In this document: piece after piece, positions 9,796 to 18,099 of the stretch
How the letters are laid out: each line of letters starts with the position of its first letter
Numbering within the stretch: the first letter of the stretch is position 1
IMG/VR virus record: IMGVR_UViG_3300045988_083838
Coordinates: 1-55,308 of that record
From: a virus
Direction: 5' to 3' (one strand)
Length of the DNA: 55,308 nucleotides
The notes under the pieces: model-generated
What the model was told of the DNA's origin: nothing
What the model saw: only the letters and a program-made list of their open reading frames with translations
Database searches by the model: none
Program-made: the position numbers and the translations under genes

Positions 9796-10689
9796 ATGGG
9801 AATTAAGATAGTAACCGGTATGACCGGAGAACCACATATCACATCAGACGATGATAGGGCATTAAATCTTGGAATATTTGGAAAAGATAGTTATGTACTG
9901 CCAGTAGGGGATATGCTAAAACTAGAAATGGTGGATGTGAATACCGCCAGAATTTCTTGCGGTGACATAGTTATGAAAGGATGTCATGCAAGAATACCTG
10001 CTGGGGATTATGAGGAACTACCTATAGACAATGGAACAAACGGTTACAATCGAATAGATTTAATTGTAGCTCAGTATGAAAGAAATGCCGGAGTAGAATC
10101 TGTCACATTACAAGTTATAAAGGGTACTCCTTCAACTGGAACGCCTGTTCAGCCAAATTACACAAGTGGATCAATCTACTGGGGTACAACAAAGGATTGT
10201 TTCCCATTGTATTCTATAACCTTGTCTGGGATAAATATAAGTGGCACAAATAAATTGTTCACTATCATAGACGCTCGACTATCAGATATCTATCCAAAGT
10301 CAGAAATTGATAAAATGAAAAATGCAACAGATGCTCATTTTAAATCATTAGAAACAGCCATTTCTACAGGTTATATGACTAAAACGAACACAAAAAAATA
10401 CATCAAGAAAAATGTAATTGATGTTTATAATATAAATTTTAGCAAAAATTACAAAAATGTGATTAGCCTGACCAAGAAAAATTTAGATGCAATAATTTCA
10501 GATCAAGATACACAAACAATAAACGAGATGAAGAATCTAATGGAATCTGCTACAACTGTAGATGAAGTAAAAGCCGCTGTAGTTAGTATATTAAATATAC
10601 TTGGTAATATCTCTGGAAATATAGACACCTCCAAGTATGATACTTATTCAACAAACTTCCCAGAAATGACAGAAATAGAGGTAGAATAA
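9796..10689 (+). CDS. Tail fibre / receptor-binding protein (candidate)
   Basis: 297-aa ORF and the last structural gene before the lysis cassette, with RBS aaaggag. Confidence 0.45.
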   Translation: MGIKIVTGMTGEPHITSDDDRALNLGIFGKDSYVLPVGDMLKLEMVDVNTARISCGDIVMKGCHARIPAGDYEELPIDNGTNGYNRIDLIVAQYERNAGVESVTLQVIKGTPSTGTPVQPNYTSGSIYWGTTKDCFPLYSITLSGINISGTNKLFTIIDARLSDIYPKSEIDKMKNATDAHFKSLETAISTGYMTKTNTKKYIKKNVIDVYNINFSKNYKNVISLTKKNLDAIISDQDTQTINEMKNLMESATTVDEVKAAVVSILNILGNISGNIDTSKYDTYSTNFPEMTEIEVE

Positions 10690-10691
10690 AT

Positions 10692-11567
10692 ATGAAAAAA
10701 GGAATTGATGTTTCAACATTTCAAAAAAATGTTGATTATGGAAAAGTAAAAAAAGATAATATATCATTTGTACTTATTAGATCATCATATGGAAAAGCAA
10801 ATGAAGATGAACAGTTAAAGACACATATTCAAGGGTTCAATTCTGTTAATATTCCAATATTGGGATTATATCATTTCAGTTATGCCTTAACAGAAAAAGA
10901 TGCAAGGAAAGAAGCTGACTTTGCTGTAAAATTAGCAAAGAAGTATAAGCTCCCAAAATCAACTTATATATTCTATGATTTTGAATACGACACTGTACGA
11001 TACGCTTGTAAAAAAGGAGTAATACTTAGATCCACACAATGTATTGCCTTTACAAAAGCATTTTGTGAACGTGTCAAGAAGCTAGGCTATAATACAGGTG
11101 TTTACGCAAATCTTGACTACTGTCGGAATATGTATAACGATGATATTCGCTCAAAATACCCTTTGTGGCTTGCACAGTATAACAGTGACATTCCTAAGTA
11201 CACCTGCATAGTTAAACAGTATTCATCAAAAGGAAAAGTAAAAGGAATATCTGGAAATGTAGATATGAATTTTGCTTATGGTAGTAACATCATCCTGGAA
11301 GCTGGAAAAAAGACAAATGAAGAAATTGCATTTGAAGTAACAGAAGGTAAATGGGGAAATGGAATAGACAGAAGGATAAAACTTACAGAATCAGGATACA
11401 GTTATACAGCCATACAAAAAGAGGTAAACTATATCATGGTTGCTAAGGATGTATGGAAAGGAAAATGGGGAAATGGGCTTACAAGAAAATCGAAATTAAA
11501 GAGAGCTGGATATGATTGGAGTAAAGTACAGTATTATGTTAGTAAGGTAAAGAAAAGAGGGATGTAA
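10692..11567 (+). CDS. Endolysin: GH25 muramidase with two C-terminal CW_7 (Cpl-7-like) repeats
   Basis: The N-terminus (GIDVSTFQKNVDYGKVKKDNISFVLIRSSYG) is the GH25 signature. There are two GKWGNGxxRxxKLxxxGY...Q..V repeats. Confidence 0.9.
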   Translation: MKKGIDVSTFQKNVDYGKVKKDNISFVLIRSSYGKANEDEQLKTHIQGFNSVNIPILGLYHFSYALTEKDARKEADFAVKLAKKYKLPKSTYIFYDFEYDTVRYACKKGVILRSTQCIAFTKAFCERVKKLGYNTGVYANLDYCRNMYNDDIRSKYPLWLAQYNSDIPKYTCIVKQYSSKGKVKGISGNVDMNFAYGSNIILEAGKKTNEEIAFEVTEGKWGNGIDRRIKLTESGYSYTAIQKEVNYIMVAKDVWKGKWGNGLTRKSKLKRAGYDWSKVQYYVSKVKKRGM

Positions 11568-11570
11568 GGC

Positions 11571-11864
11571 ATGGCGGAGTTTATTATAGCAGTAGTTACC
11601 TCGATAATTACATCGGTAATCACAGGTGGCTTGACTCTCATAGGAGTTATATACACAAACCGGAAACAGCATGATGTGACAGTGCAGGAAATCAAGACAG
11701 AGTTAGCCTTAATGCATCAGGAGATCGGACAGCTTGAACACAAGCAGGACATCCACAACCACGTTATAGAAAGAGTGTATCAGCTTGAAAAAGCTACAGA
11801 AGTATTAGACGAAAGGCAAAAGACAGCTAACAACAGAATAGATGATTTAGAGAAAGGAGTATGA
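11571..11864 (+). CDS. Membrane protein with one N-terminal TM helix and a coiled coil (lysis accessory, BhlA-like?)
   Basis: Hydrophobic N-terminus (FIIAVVTSIITSVITGGLTLIGVIY) followed by heptad-like sequence, located between the endolysin and the holin. Confidence 0.6.
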   Translation: MAEFIIAVVTSIITSVITGGLTLIGVIYTNRKQHDVTVQEIKTELALMHQEIGQLEHKQDIHNHVIERVYQLEKATEVLDERQKTANNRIDDLEKGV

Positions 11865-11868
11865 TATT

Positions 11869-12072
11869 ATGTTTACAAAGAAATGGTTCAAAGCGGCAGG
11901 TGTAAGAGCTATTAAGACGATGGCACAAACCGCAGTAGGTGTCATTGGATCAAGTGTTGTAATAAGTGATGTTAATTGGCTTGTGGTAGTATCCGCATCT
12001 GTTGTGGCGAGTGTAACCTCAATTTTAACAAGCATTGCAACTGGGCTTCCAGAAGTTGAAAAGGGGGAATAG
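11869..12072 (+). CDS. Holin, r1t-type
   Basis: RAIKTMAQTAVGVIG...VNWL...VTSILTSIATGLPE closely matches the lactococcal phage r1t holin pattern (RAIKTFAQA...VDWL...VVSILTSLASGIP). Confidence 0.85.
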   Translation: MFTKKWFKAAGVRAIKTMAQTAVGVIGSSVVISDVNWLVVVSASVVASVTSILTSIATGLPEVEKGE

Positions 12073-12074
12073 AA

Positions 12075-12308
12075 ATGGAAGAAGATAATCAAAGTCTTGC
12101 AACCGAATTATTACATGAAGTAAAAGCTACTTCAAAAAGATGGTTTATTCTGTTTATTATAACCTTACTGATGTTATTTGGCACTAACATGGTATGGCTA
12201 TATGCATGGAATTTACCAACAGAAGAAACAACTATTTCTAGTGATAACAACAGTAATGCTAATTATATCAACGGAGAAGGAGATATAACCAATGGCGGCG
12301 AAAATTAA
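12075..12308 (+). CDS. Small membrane protein (lysis cassette)
   Basis: One TM helix (WFILFIITLLMLFGTNMVWLYAW), tightly packed after the holin. Confidence 0.6.
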   Translation: MEEDNQSLATELLHEVKATSKRWFILFIITLLMLFGTNMVWLYAWNLPTEETTISSDNNSNANYINGEGDITNGGEN

Positions 12309-12387
12309 AGTTATTAAAAGGAGTTCTCGTAGTAGACCTAGAAGTGGAAGGAGACCACCTAGGAGAAGAGTTAGGGGAAGAAGATGA
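12292..12387 (+). CDS. 31-aa arginine-rich peptide (not in ORF track)
   Basis: The ATG follows gaaggaga. Translation: MAAKIKVIKRSSRSRPRSGRRPPRRRVRGRR. Its stop overlaps the next start (ATGA). Confidence 0.5.
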   Translation: MAAKIKVIKRSSRSRPRSGRRPPRRRVRGRR

Positions 12388-12584
12388 AAATATCAGACTT
12401 CACATTACCCGAAATTGAATATTTCAGAGCGAATTGCAATTTTGTAAATTTAGAAATTGAAATATTTGAAGGAAGGACAAAAGGAATACCACTAGAAGAA
12501 ATTGCTGAAAATTTGAATATATCTTATGATTATGCAAGACACATAAGCAGATGTGTAAACAAGAAAATTCTAAAAGTAATATAA
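12384..12584 (+). CDS. Small sigma-70 region-4-like HTH protein
   Basis: GIPLEEIAENLNISYDYARHISRCVNKKI resembles a region 4.2 HTH. 66 aa. Confidence 0.55.
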   Translation: MKISDFTLPEIEYFRANCNFVNLEIEIFEGRTKGIPLEEIAENLNISYDYARHISRCVNKKILKVI

Positions 12585-12591
12585 CACATTT

Positions 12592-12630
12592 AGAACACAT
12601 TCACTACATTGTTGAATGTGTTCTTTTTTA
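12592..12630 (+). terminator. Rho-independent terminator
   Basis: 12-bp stem (agaacacattca / tgaatgtgttct), 9-nt loop, then a T-run. Confidence 0.85.
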
Positions 12631-12664
12631 TTACAATTTATGTATAAAGAAAGAGGTGAACGAA

Positions 12665-12796
12665 ATGAATATAATAAATATCATAAGTAAACCAGAATTA
12701 GAAGATATACCAATCATGTATATTTTGCGTGTAATAAATGCTATCCAATCCGACTACATACATTCTATAGACACACCTAAAAGGAGGGATGACTGA
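12665..12796 (+). CDS. Small hypothetical protein (43 aa)
   Basis: The ATG follows aaagaggtga. The ORF-track version from 12551 would run through the terminator, so I shortened it. Confidence 0.45.
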   Translation: MNIINIISKPELEDIPIMYILRVINAIQSDYIHSIDTPKRRDD

Positions 12797-13194
12797 TGTT
12801 TCCATCACAATTTCAAAATCCATACACAGCCCTATTAGGACAAAATCAGTATTATAACCAACAAAATTACCAACAAGAACAAGCCCAAAATCTTATTAGA
12901 GTAAATGGTATAGATGGAGCAAAAACTTATCAAATGCCTGCAAATTCTACAGTTGCTTTGTTTGATTCTAATGAAGATATTATGTATATTAAGACAACTG
13001 ATGGAGCTGGATTTCCATCTATCCGAACTTTTAACTTTGTAGAAATAAAACAAAATGAAAAGTCAAGTACTAGTCAAGATTATATAAGTAGAAAAGAATT
13101 TGAAGAGTTTAAAAAGGAGTTGATGAACAATGGCAAGCAGTCTATTTCAAGATCAAAGTCAAATCTCACAACAGATAAATCCTCAAGTAATTAA
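12796..13194 (+). CDS. Hypothetical protein with a Q/N-rich N-terminus
   Basis: The N-terminus is FQNPYTALLGQNQYYNQQNYQQEQAQN, followed by a compact domain. The start overlaps the upstream stop (TGATG). Confidence 0.6.
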   Translation: MFPSQFQNPYTALLGQNQYYNQQNYQQEQAQNLIRVNGIDGAKTYQMPANSTVALFDSNEDIMYIKTTDGAGFPSIRTFNFVEIKQNEKSSTSQDYISRKEFEEFKKELMNNGKQSISRSKSNLTTDKSSSN

Positions 13195-13345
13195 TCAAGC
13201 TAAGTCAATGATGAAGAACATGAATCAGCTTAGAGGGGTAATGGGAATGTTAAGCGGTAAGGGAATGAACCCGGAACAGGCAGTTCGTTCTATATGTAAG
13301 GAAAGAGGTATAGATGTAAATGCGTTTATGTCTCAATTAAAATAG
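13130..13345 (+). CDS. Small hypothetical protein
   Basis: The ATG follows aaggag with 10-nt spacing. It overlaps the 3' end of 12796-13194 in another frame. An alternative start is the internal Met pair (MMKNMNQ, about 13208). Confidence 0.45.
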   Translation: MASSLFQDQSQISQQINPQVINQAKSMMKNMNQLRGVMGMLSGKGMNPEQAVRSICKERGIDVNAFMSQLK

Positions 13346-13392
13346 GAATTTGCAAATTCAAATAAATTAAAAAATGAAAGGAGAATACTACT

Positions 13393-14001
13393 ATGACAGA
13401 TGGAGTATCTTTAGCAGACATTGCCGCAGTTACCGACAACAAAGATGGTATGTTCGGTGGAGAAGGCGGTGGAATGTGGATTTTCGCCCTTTTAATCCTG
13501 TTACTTATCGGTGGCGGTGGATTCTTTGGCGGAAACAGAAATGTAAACGGAGAGCCAGTTACAGAAGCAGGTCTTTGTAATGCCATGAATTTCAACAATC
13601 TTGAGAATGCAGTTGGTAGACTGAATGACAACCTTCAGCACGACTATCAGGGACTACAGAATGGAATCTGTAACTTAGGTTATGAAACACTGAGAAACTT
13701 CAACACAGTCCAGCAACAGGTTGCAGATTGTTGCTGTACAACACAGAGAGCCATTGATGGTGTTAATTATAATGGTGCGATCAATACCGCTGCTATCAAT
13801 GCTAACACAACAGCTCAGACACAGAAGATCCTGGATGCTATGGCACAGAATAAGATCGATAGCTTGCAGGCTCAGGTCAATCAGCTTCAGCTTCAGTCGG
13901 CTATGTGCGGTGTAGTCAGATATCCAAATGCGACTACTTATACAAGCGGAATGAGTCCATTTTGGAATCAGTCTTGTTGCAACAACGGTTGTAACATTTA
14001 A
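13393..14001 (+). CDS. Membrane-anchored Cys-rich coiled-coil protein
   Basis: Glycine-zipper TM segment (GGGMWIFALLILLLIGGGGFFGG), then N/Q-rich helices, with CCC and CCNNGC clusters. RBS aaaggag. Locally raised GC. Confidence 0.7.
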   Translation: MTDGVSLADIAAVTDNKDGMFGGEGGGMWIFALLILLLIGGGGFFGGNRNVNGEPVTEAGLCNAMNFNNLENAVGRLNDNLQHDYQGLQNGICNLGYETLRNFNTVQQQVADCCCTTQRAIDGVNYNGAINTAAINANTTAQTQKILDAMAQNKIDSLQAQVNQLQLQSAMCGVVRYPNATTYTSGMSPFWNQSCCNNGCNI

Positions 14002-14027
14002 GTCATTTAGACAAGGTTTAAAATGTT

Positions 14028-14061
14028 AGAGGAATGCCTTGTCCGGTATTCCTCTTTTTTA
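14028..14061 (+). terminator. Rho-independent terminator
   Basis: 8-bp stem (agaggaat / attcctct), then tttttt. Confidence 0.8.
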
Positions 14062-14080
14062 TTAGAAAGGAGAATAAAAT

Positions 14081-14500
14081 ATGAGTTGTAAATCAGGAAT
14101 ATATGTGGTTAATACTACAACAGGAACATCAATAGGTATTGACGGTACTTATGTACCATCTACAATAATTAGAAGATATGGAAAGTATTGTCAGTTAGGT
14201 GGAAATGGTGTATCAATTGGAAATTGTCAAGGCGGTGCTGGTTATTATGATGTAGATGCTTCTGTATCTGTTGCCGCTACTGCCATAGGAAATGTGACTG
14301 CAACATTATACAAAGATGGAGCACCAGTTCAAGGTGCGTCAGCACTTGCAACAGCATCAGCAATAGGTGATATTGTAACACTCCCTATATCTGCACTTGT
14401 AAGATTGAATTGCGATTGTGACACAGCAAATCTCACAATAGTTATTGGAGGTCAGGCTGTAACTGCTCAAAATCTTGCATTTGTTGTTGAGAAAATTTAA
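14081..14500 (+). CDS. BclA C-terminal-domain / C1q-TNF-like jelly-roll protein (candidate)
   Basis: GYYDVDASVSVAA...VTATLYKDGAPVQGA...LTIVIGGQAVTAQNLAFVVEKI follows the BclA-C pattern (GFYKI...VNGVPVPG...SASIIIEKV). RBS aaaggag. Confidence 0.45.
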   Translation: MSCKSGIYVVNTTTGTSIGIDGTYVPSTIIRRYGKYCQLGGNGVSIGNCQGGAGYYDVDASVSVAATAIGNVTATLYKDGAPVQGASALATASAIGDIVTLPISALVRLNCDCDTANLTIVIGGQAVTAQNLAFVVEKI

Positions 14501-14513
14501 GGAGTTGATTATA

Positions 14514-14813
14514 ATGACAAAAATAAAGAAGTTAGCCGAGCACATTATGGAAGAAGTGGAAGGTGCTAAAGAATATGCCGAAAAGTATGTTGAATGCAAA
14601 TCAAAAGGAGATATGCAATGGGCGAATCGGTATAAAGAAATGGCAAATGATGAATTAAAACACGCTGGATATCTTCATGATAAAGCTGTGAAGGATATCG
14701 AGGAAATTTCCAAAGTATTTACCCCGACAGAAGAAATGGAAGAAAAGTGGGAAAAATGTCATAAGAAATATGTAGAACAGACCGCCTGGATAAAACAGAT
14801 GTTAGCAATGTAG
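14514..14813 (+). CDS. Small helical protein with two ExxH motifs (ferritin-like?)
   Basis: The ATG follows aaggag. It carries DELKH and WEKCH plus glutamate-rich helices. Function is uncertain. Confidence 0.5.
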   Translation: MTKIKKLAEHIMEEVEGAKEYAEKYVECKSKGDMQWANRYKEMANDELKHAGYLHDKAVKDIEEISKVFTPTEEMEEKWEKCHKKYVEQTAWIKQMLAM

Positions 14814-14823
14814 GAGTGATTAT

Positions 14824-15159
14824 ATGACATTTCAGGAAAGTATTCCAATAGCAAAGGGTCTGGCGGAAAATGAATTGAAAAAGCACTTTGATGTTGATGC
14901 CTTTTTAATCTTGGCACTTGTAGATAAGATGAATATTGACCTTGTCCCGGAAAGTAATGTGGACGAAACGATAACCGATATTCAAGGTTTGTTTGTTTCT
15001 TACATGAGAAATAGAACAAAAGAAAATCTTGAAATTCTACTTTCCACTATCCGAAAAATGCTGTCTGAATTATATATGACTTGTGATTTAGAAGAAAAGG
15101 AAATATTCAAAAAGCATCTTGAAACATTGCAAAATATAACACAACCAAATATCATTTAA
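14824..15159 (+). CDS. Hypothetical protein
   Basis: 111-aa ORF with RBS taggagtga, the last gene before a terminator. Confidence 0.6.
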   Translation: MTFQESIPIAKGLAENELKKHFDVDAFLILALVDKMNIDLVPESNVDETITDIQGLFVSYMRNRTKENLEILLSTIRKMLSELYMTCDLEEKEIFKKHLETLQNITQPNII

Positions 15160-15162
15160 TGG

Positions 15163-15193
15163 ATAAGGGAGATTTATTTCTCCCTTATTTTTT
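15163..15193 (+). terminator. Rho-independent terminator
   Basis: 10-bp stem (ataagggaga / tctcccttat), then a T-run. Confidence 0.85.
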
Positions 15194-15214
15194 ATGTAAA
15201 TTTTCAAAAAACAC

Positions 15215-15243
15215 TTGCATTTTTCAGTTTTATGTATTACAAT
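15215..15243 (+). promoter_or_regulatory. Sigma-A-type promoter (variant of the conserved cassette)
   Basis: TTGCAT, 17 nt, TACAAT, preceded by ttttcaaaaaacac. Confidence 0.7.
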
Positions 15244-15274
15244 ATAATTACATTAAAGGAAGGAGCCAAATAAA

Positions 15275-15586
15275 ATGATACATTCAGTGACATTACAACA
15301 GGAAATCGAAAAATGGTGGAGAAAATTAGATAAAGTTATGACAGTTGCAGAAAGTTTAGATGATATAAAAATAGGAGATTGTACATTCAGACCTTGGGGA
15401 GATAAACATCATTACAATATGAAAACTAAATGTACATCAACTTATTTAAGAACTTTTCAAAGTACGGAACCAGTTGAAAACACAAAAGGAGAAATAGTAT
15501 ATCCAATATTAGATGTATATATTGATATCTGTGAGGGAAGAAAATATACATCTTATAAAAAAGTTAGATGTCATTGTTCTTGTTAA
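15275..15586 (+). CDS. Hypothetical protein
   Basis: 103-aa ORF with RBS aaggaagga, the first gene after the promoter. Confidence 0.6.
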   Translation: MIHSVTLQQEIEKWWRKLDKVMTVAESLDDIKIGDCTFRPWGDKHHYNMKTKCTSTYLRTFQSTEPVENTKGEIVYPILDVYIDICEGRKYTSYKKVRCHCSC

Positions 15587-15603
15587 AAAGGAGGAAATAG
15601 ATA

Positions 15604-17319
15604 ATGATTAAAATACATATTGGAGAGCCAGACAAGCTCTCCAACAACATTTTAGTAAAAAAGAGTGCTTTTGTATCTTTTGATTATAACCCAGAAATTG
15701 TTTCCTTTATCAAGCAAATGGGAACAAGGGTTTATAACCCAAATACAAGAGCATGGGAAATTCCTATAAATAATATCATCTCTCTTTGCAACAAATTTGA
15801 GAGTGAAGAAATTCAAATATCTGGAATATATGAAGATTTGCATAAGCAAGAATTTGAAATTGATATTCCAAAGGATTTTGAATTTAAGACAAAACCGTTT
15901 GCACATCAGATTGACGGTGTAAGATTTGGATTAAATAAGAAAAAATTTCTCTTATGTGATGACCAAGGACTTGGAAAAACAAAACAGATTATAGACTTTG
16001 TTGGCTGTCTTGAAAAAACAGATAAGATCAATAAGGTACTTATTGTATGCGGGGTCAATTCACTAAAATATAATTGGCAATCAGAAATTAGTATCCATTC
16101 AGATGAAAAAGGATGGGTTCTTGGTACACGTTTTAGAAAGACAACAGGAAAAGCTTATGAGGGAAGTACAAAAGATAAACTTGAAGATTTAGATAATCTC
16201 CCAGATTGTCGCTATTTAATAACTAATATTGAGTCCTTAAGAGTAGGAGCTGAAAAGATTTCCAAAACAAAATATCATTTTCCTATAGCTGAGAAATTAC
16301 AGGAACTTTGCAACAATGGAACAATTTCCATGATTGCATTTGACGAATGTCACAAGTCAAAAGACCCTACCTCATTACAGAGTCGTGCTATGCTTAAAGT
16401 AACAGCTAAGTATATGGTAGCTATGAGCGGAACCCCTTTGATGAATAATCCTCTTGATTTATATTTCCCTATTCACTGGTTAGGATATGAGTCACACAGC
16501 TTCTACCAGTTTAAACAGCATTATTGCACTTTAGGAGGATGGGGTGGTTCAGATGTTGTAGGTTATAAGAATTTAGAAGAGATTAGAGCTATGATGGATA
16601 ACATTATGCTTAGAAGATTAAAGACAGAAGTTCTTGATTTACCGGAAAAGATTAGAAAGATTGAATATGTAGATATGACACCTAAACAGAATCAGATATA
16701 TAAGGAAGTATATGCAGGTGTTATGAGTGACTTACAAAAGATTAAATTCTCAAACAACCCACTTTCTATGATGATTAGATTAAGACAGGCGACAGGATGG
16801 ACAGGTATTATATCTAATACAGTTCAAGAATCTGCTAAAATGGAAAGAATGATTGAATTAGTGCAAGAGATTGTTGCAAGTGGACAGAAAGCTATCATTT
16901 TTAGCAACTGGGAAAGCATGACAGAAGTAGCAAGAGAGAAATTGAAAGCTTATAATCCAGCTTATATCACAGGTGCAACAAAAGCAGACGAAAGAATGAA
17001 AGAGGTTGAAAGATTTCAAACTAATGATAAATGCAAAGTAATTATAGGAACTATAGGAGCAATGGGAACAGGGCTTACATTAACCGCCGCACAGAATGTT
17101 ATCTTTTTAGATTCACCTTGGAATATGGCATTAAAAGCACAGGCAGAAGATAGAGCACATAGAATTGGAACAAAGGGAACGGTTAATATAATTACACTTG
17201 TTTGCAAAAATACCATTGATGAACGTATAGAAGAATTAGTAGAAAAGAAAGGACAGATTGCAGATGCCCTTGTAGATGGTAAGGTAAGCATAGAAGATAT
17301 TAACTATCTTCTTTCATAA
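15604..17319 (+). CDS. SNF2-family helicase/ATPase
   Basis: Motifs: DDQGLGKT (I), DECH (II), SGTPLMNNPLDLY (III), TGLTLTAAQNVIFLDSPWN (V), QAEDRAHRIG (VI). Confidence 0.9.
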   Translation: MIKIHIGEPDKLSNNILVKKSAFVSFDYNPEIVSFIKQMGTRVYNPNTRAWEIPINNIISLCNKFESEEIQISGIYEDLHKQEFEIDIPKDFEFKTKPFAHQIDGVRFGLNKKKFLLCDDQGLGKTKQIIDFVGCLEKTDKINKVLIVCGVNSLKYNWQSEISIHSDEKGWVLGTRFRKTTGKAYEGSTKDKLEDLDNLPDCRYLITNIESLRVGAEKISKTKYHFPIAEKLQELCNNGTISMIAFDECHKSKDPTSLQSRAMLKVTAKYMVAMSGTPLMNNPLDLYFPIHWLGYESHSFYQFKQHYCTLGGWGGSDVVGYKNLEEIRAMMDNIMLRRLKTEVLDLPEKIRKIEYVDMTPKQNQIYKEVYAGVMSDLQKIKFSNNPLSMMIRLRQATGWTGIISNTVQESAKMERMIELVQEIVASGQKAIIFSNWESMTEVAREKLKAYNPAYITGATKADERMKEVERFQTNDKCKVIIGTIGAMGTGLTLTAAQNVIFLDSPWNMALKAQAEDRAHRIGTKGTVNIITLVCKNTIDERIEELVEKKGQIADALVDGKVSIEDINYLLS

Positions 17320-17326
17320 TTCATAA

Positions 17327-17358
17327 TCCCACATCTTAATTGATGTGGGAATTTTTTT
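17327..17358 (+). terminator. Rho-independent terminator
   Basis: 9-bp stem (tcccacatc / gatgtggga), then ttttttt. Confidence 0.85.
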
Positions 17359-17379
17359 ACATAAAATACATAAAAACAC

Positions 17380-17408
17380 TTTACAAGTATGTTTTTATGT
17401 GTTACAAT
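17380..17408 (+). promoter_or_regulatory. Sigma-A-type promoter (cassette variant)
   Basis: TTTACA, 17 nt, TGtTACAAT. Confidence 0.75.
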
Positions 17409-17440
17409 ATAAACATAATAAAGAAAGGAGATAAATAAAA

Positions 17441-17743
17441 ATGGAAAAAGGTTTAGCATATGAGGTGAAAGATTGGTTTGCAGATAAAGTAGCACAGGAG
17501 GTTAGTCATAACATTCATGGATGTAGAGTTTTTTCAATCATGAAAGAAACTGAAAAAGCTGTATATGCCATGTTAGATTTAGGAATTGATCATAGAAAAT
17601 GTATGTGGGTTCCAAAGTCAGTTCTTGTAACATATGTTCCAGGAGAACAGGAAAATGGTATGTACAAAAGAGAGACAATCTTTGAAAGTGACTATGATAC
17701 TTGCGTTGAGAAATTAAAAACTCTTTGGAGTTATTTTAAATAA
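17441..17743 (+). CDS. Hypothetical protein
   Basis: 100-aa ORF with RBS aaaggag. Confidence 0.6.
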   Translation: MEKGLAYEVKDWFADKVAQEVSHNIHGCRVFSIMKETEKAVYAMLDLGIDHRKCMWVPKSVLVTYVPGEQENGMYKRETIFESDYDTCVEKLKTLWSYFK

Positions 17744-17775
17744 TTTTTTACATATGCAAAGGAGGTGATAATTAA

Positions 17776-18099
17776 TTGGAAAAGTTTACAACCGCAAGAG
17801 TGGCACAGATTTTAGATATATCCACAAACACATTAAAAAGATGGTATAAATGGTATAATTCAGAAGATTATGAAAAACCACAAGATCTTAAATTGCCACA
17901 ACCAGAGATAACATCAACCGGAACAATGCTTTTTACAATGTCACAGGTGCAGGCATTACATCAATTTCAGATTGATTTACGTTCAAAGTATCGAGGTATT
18001 ATGGCAGAATTTAACGCAACCTATCAATGGGGGCAACGCGGAACAAAGATTTTAAATGTTGGGAAGCAATATAAGAAAAAGGAGGAAAATAATGAGTAG
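17776..18099 (+). CDS. MerR/excisionase-type HTH DNA-binding protein (candidate)
   Basis: The N-terminus is FTTARVAQILDISTNTLKRWYKWY. TTG start after aaggaggtga. Confidence 0.55.
   Translation: MEKFTTARVAQILDISTNTLKRWYKWYNSEDYEKPQDLKLPQPEITSTGTMLFTMSQVQALHQFQIDLRSKYRGIMAEFNATYQWGQRGTKILNVGKQYKKKEENNE

Noticed and set aside
12551-12664. The N-terminal part of ORF 12551-12796.
   Set aside because: It would be translated straight through a strong rho-independent terminator (12592-12630). A good RBS and ATG exist at 12665, so only the short version was kept.
13374-13915. Alternative-frame plus-strand ORFs 13374-13580 and 13721-13915.
   Set aside because: They are embedded in the locally GC-richer gene 13393-14001, have no RBS, and show Arg/Trp-rich shadow composition.
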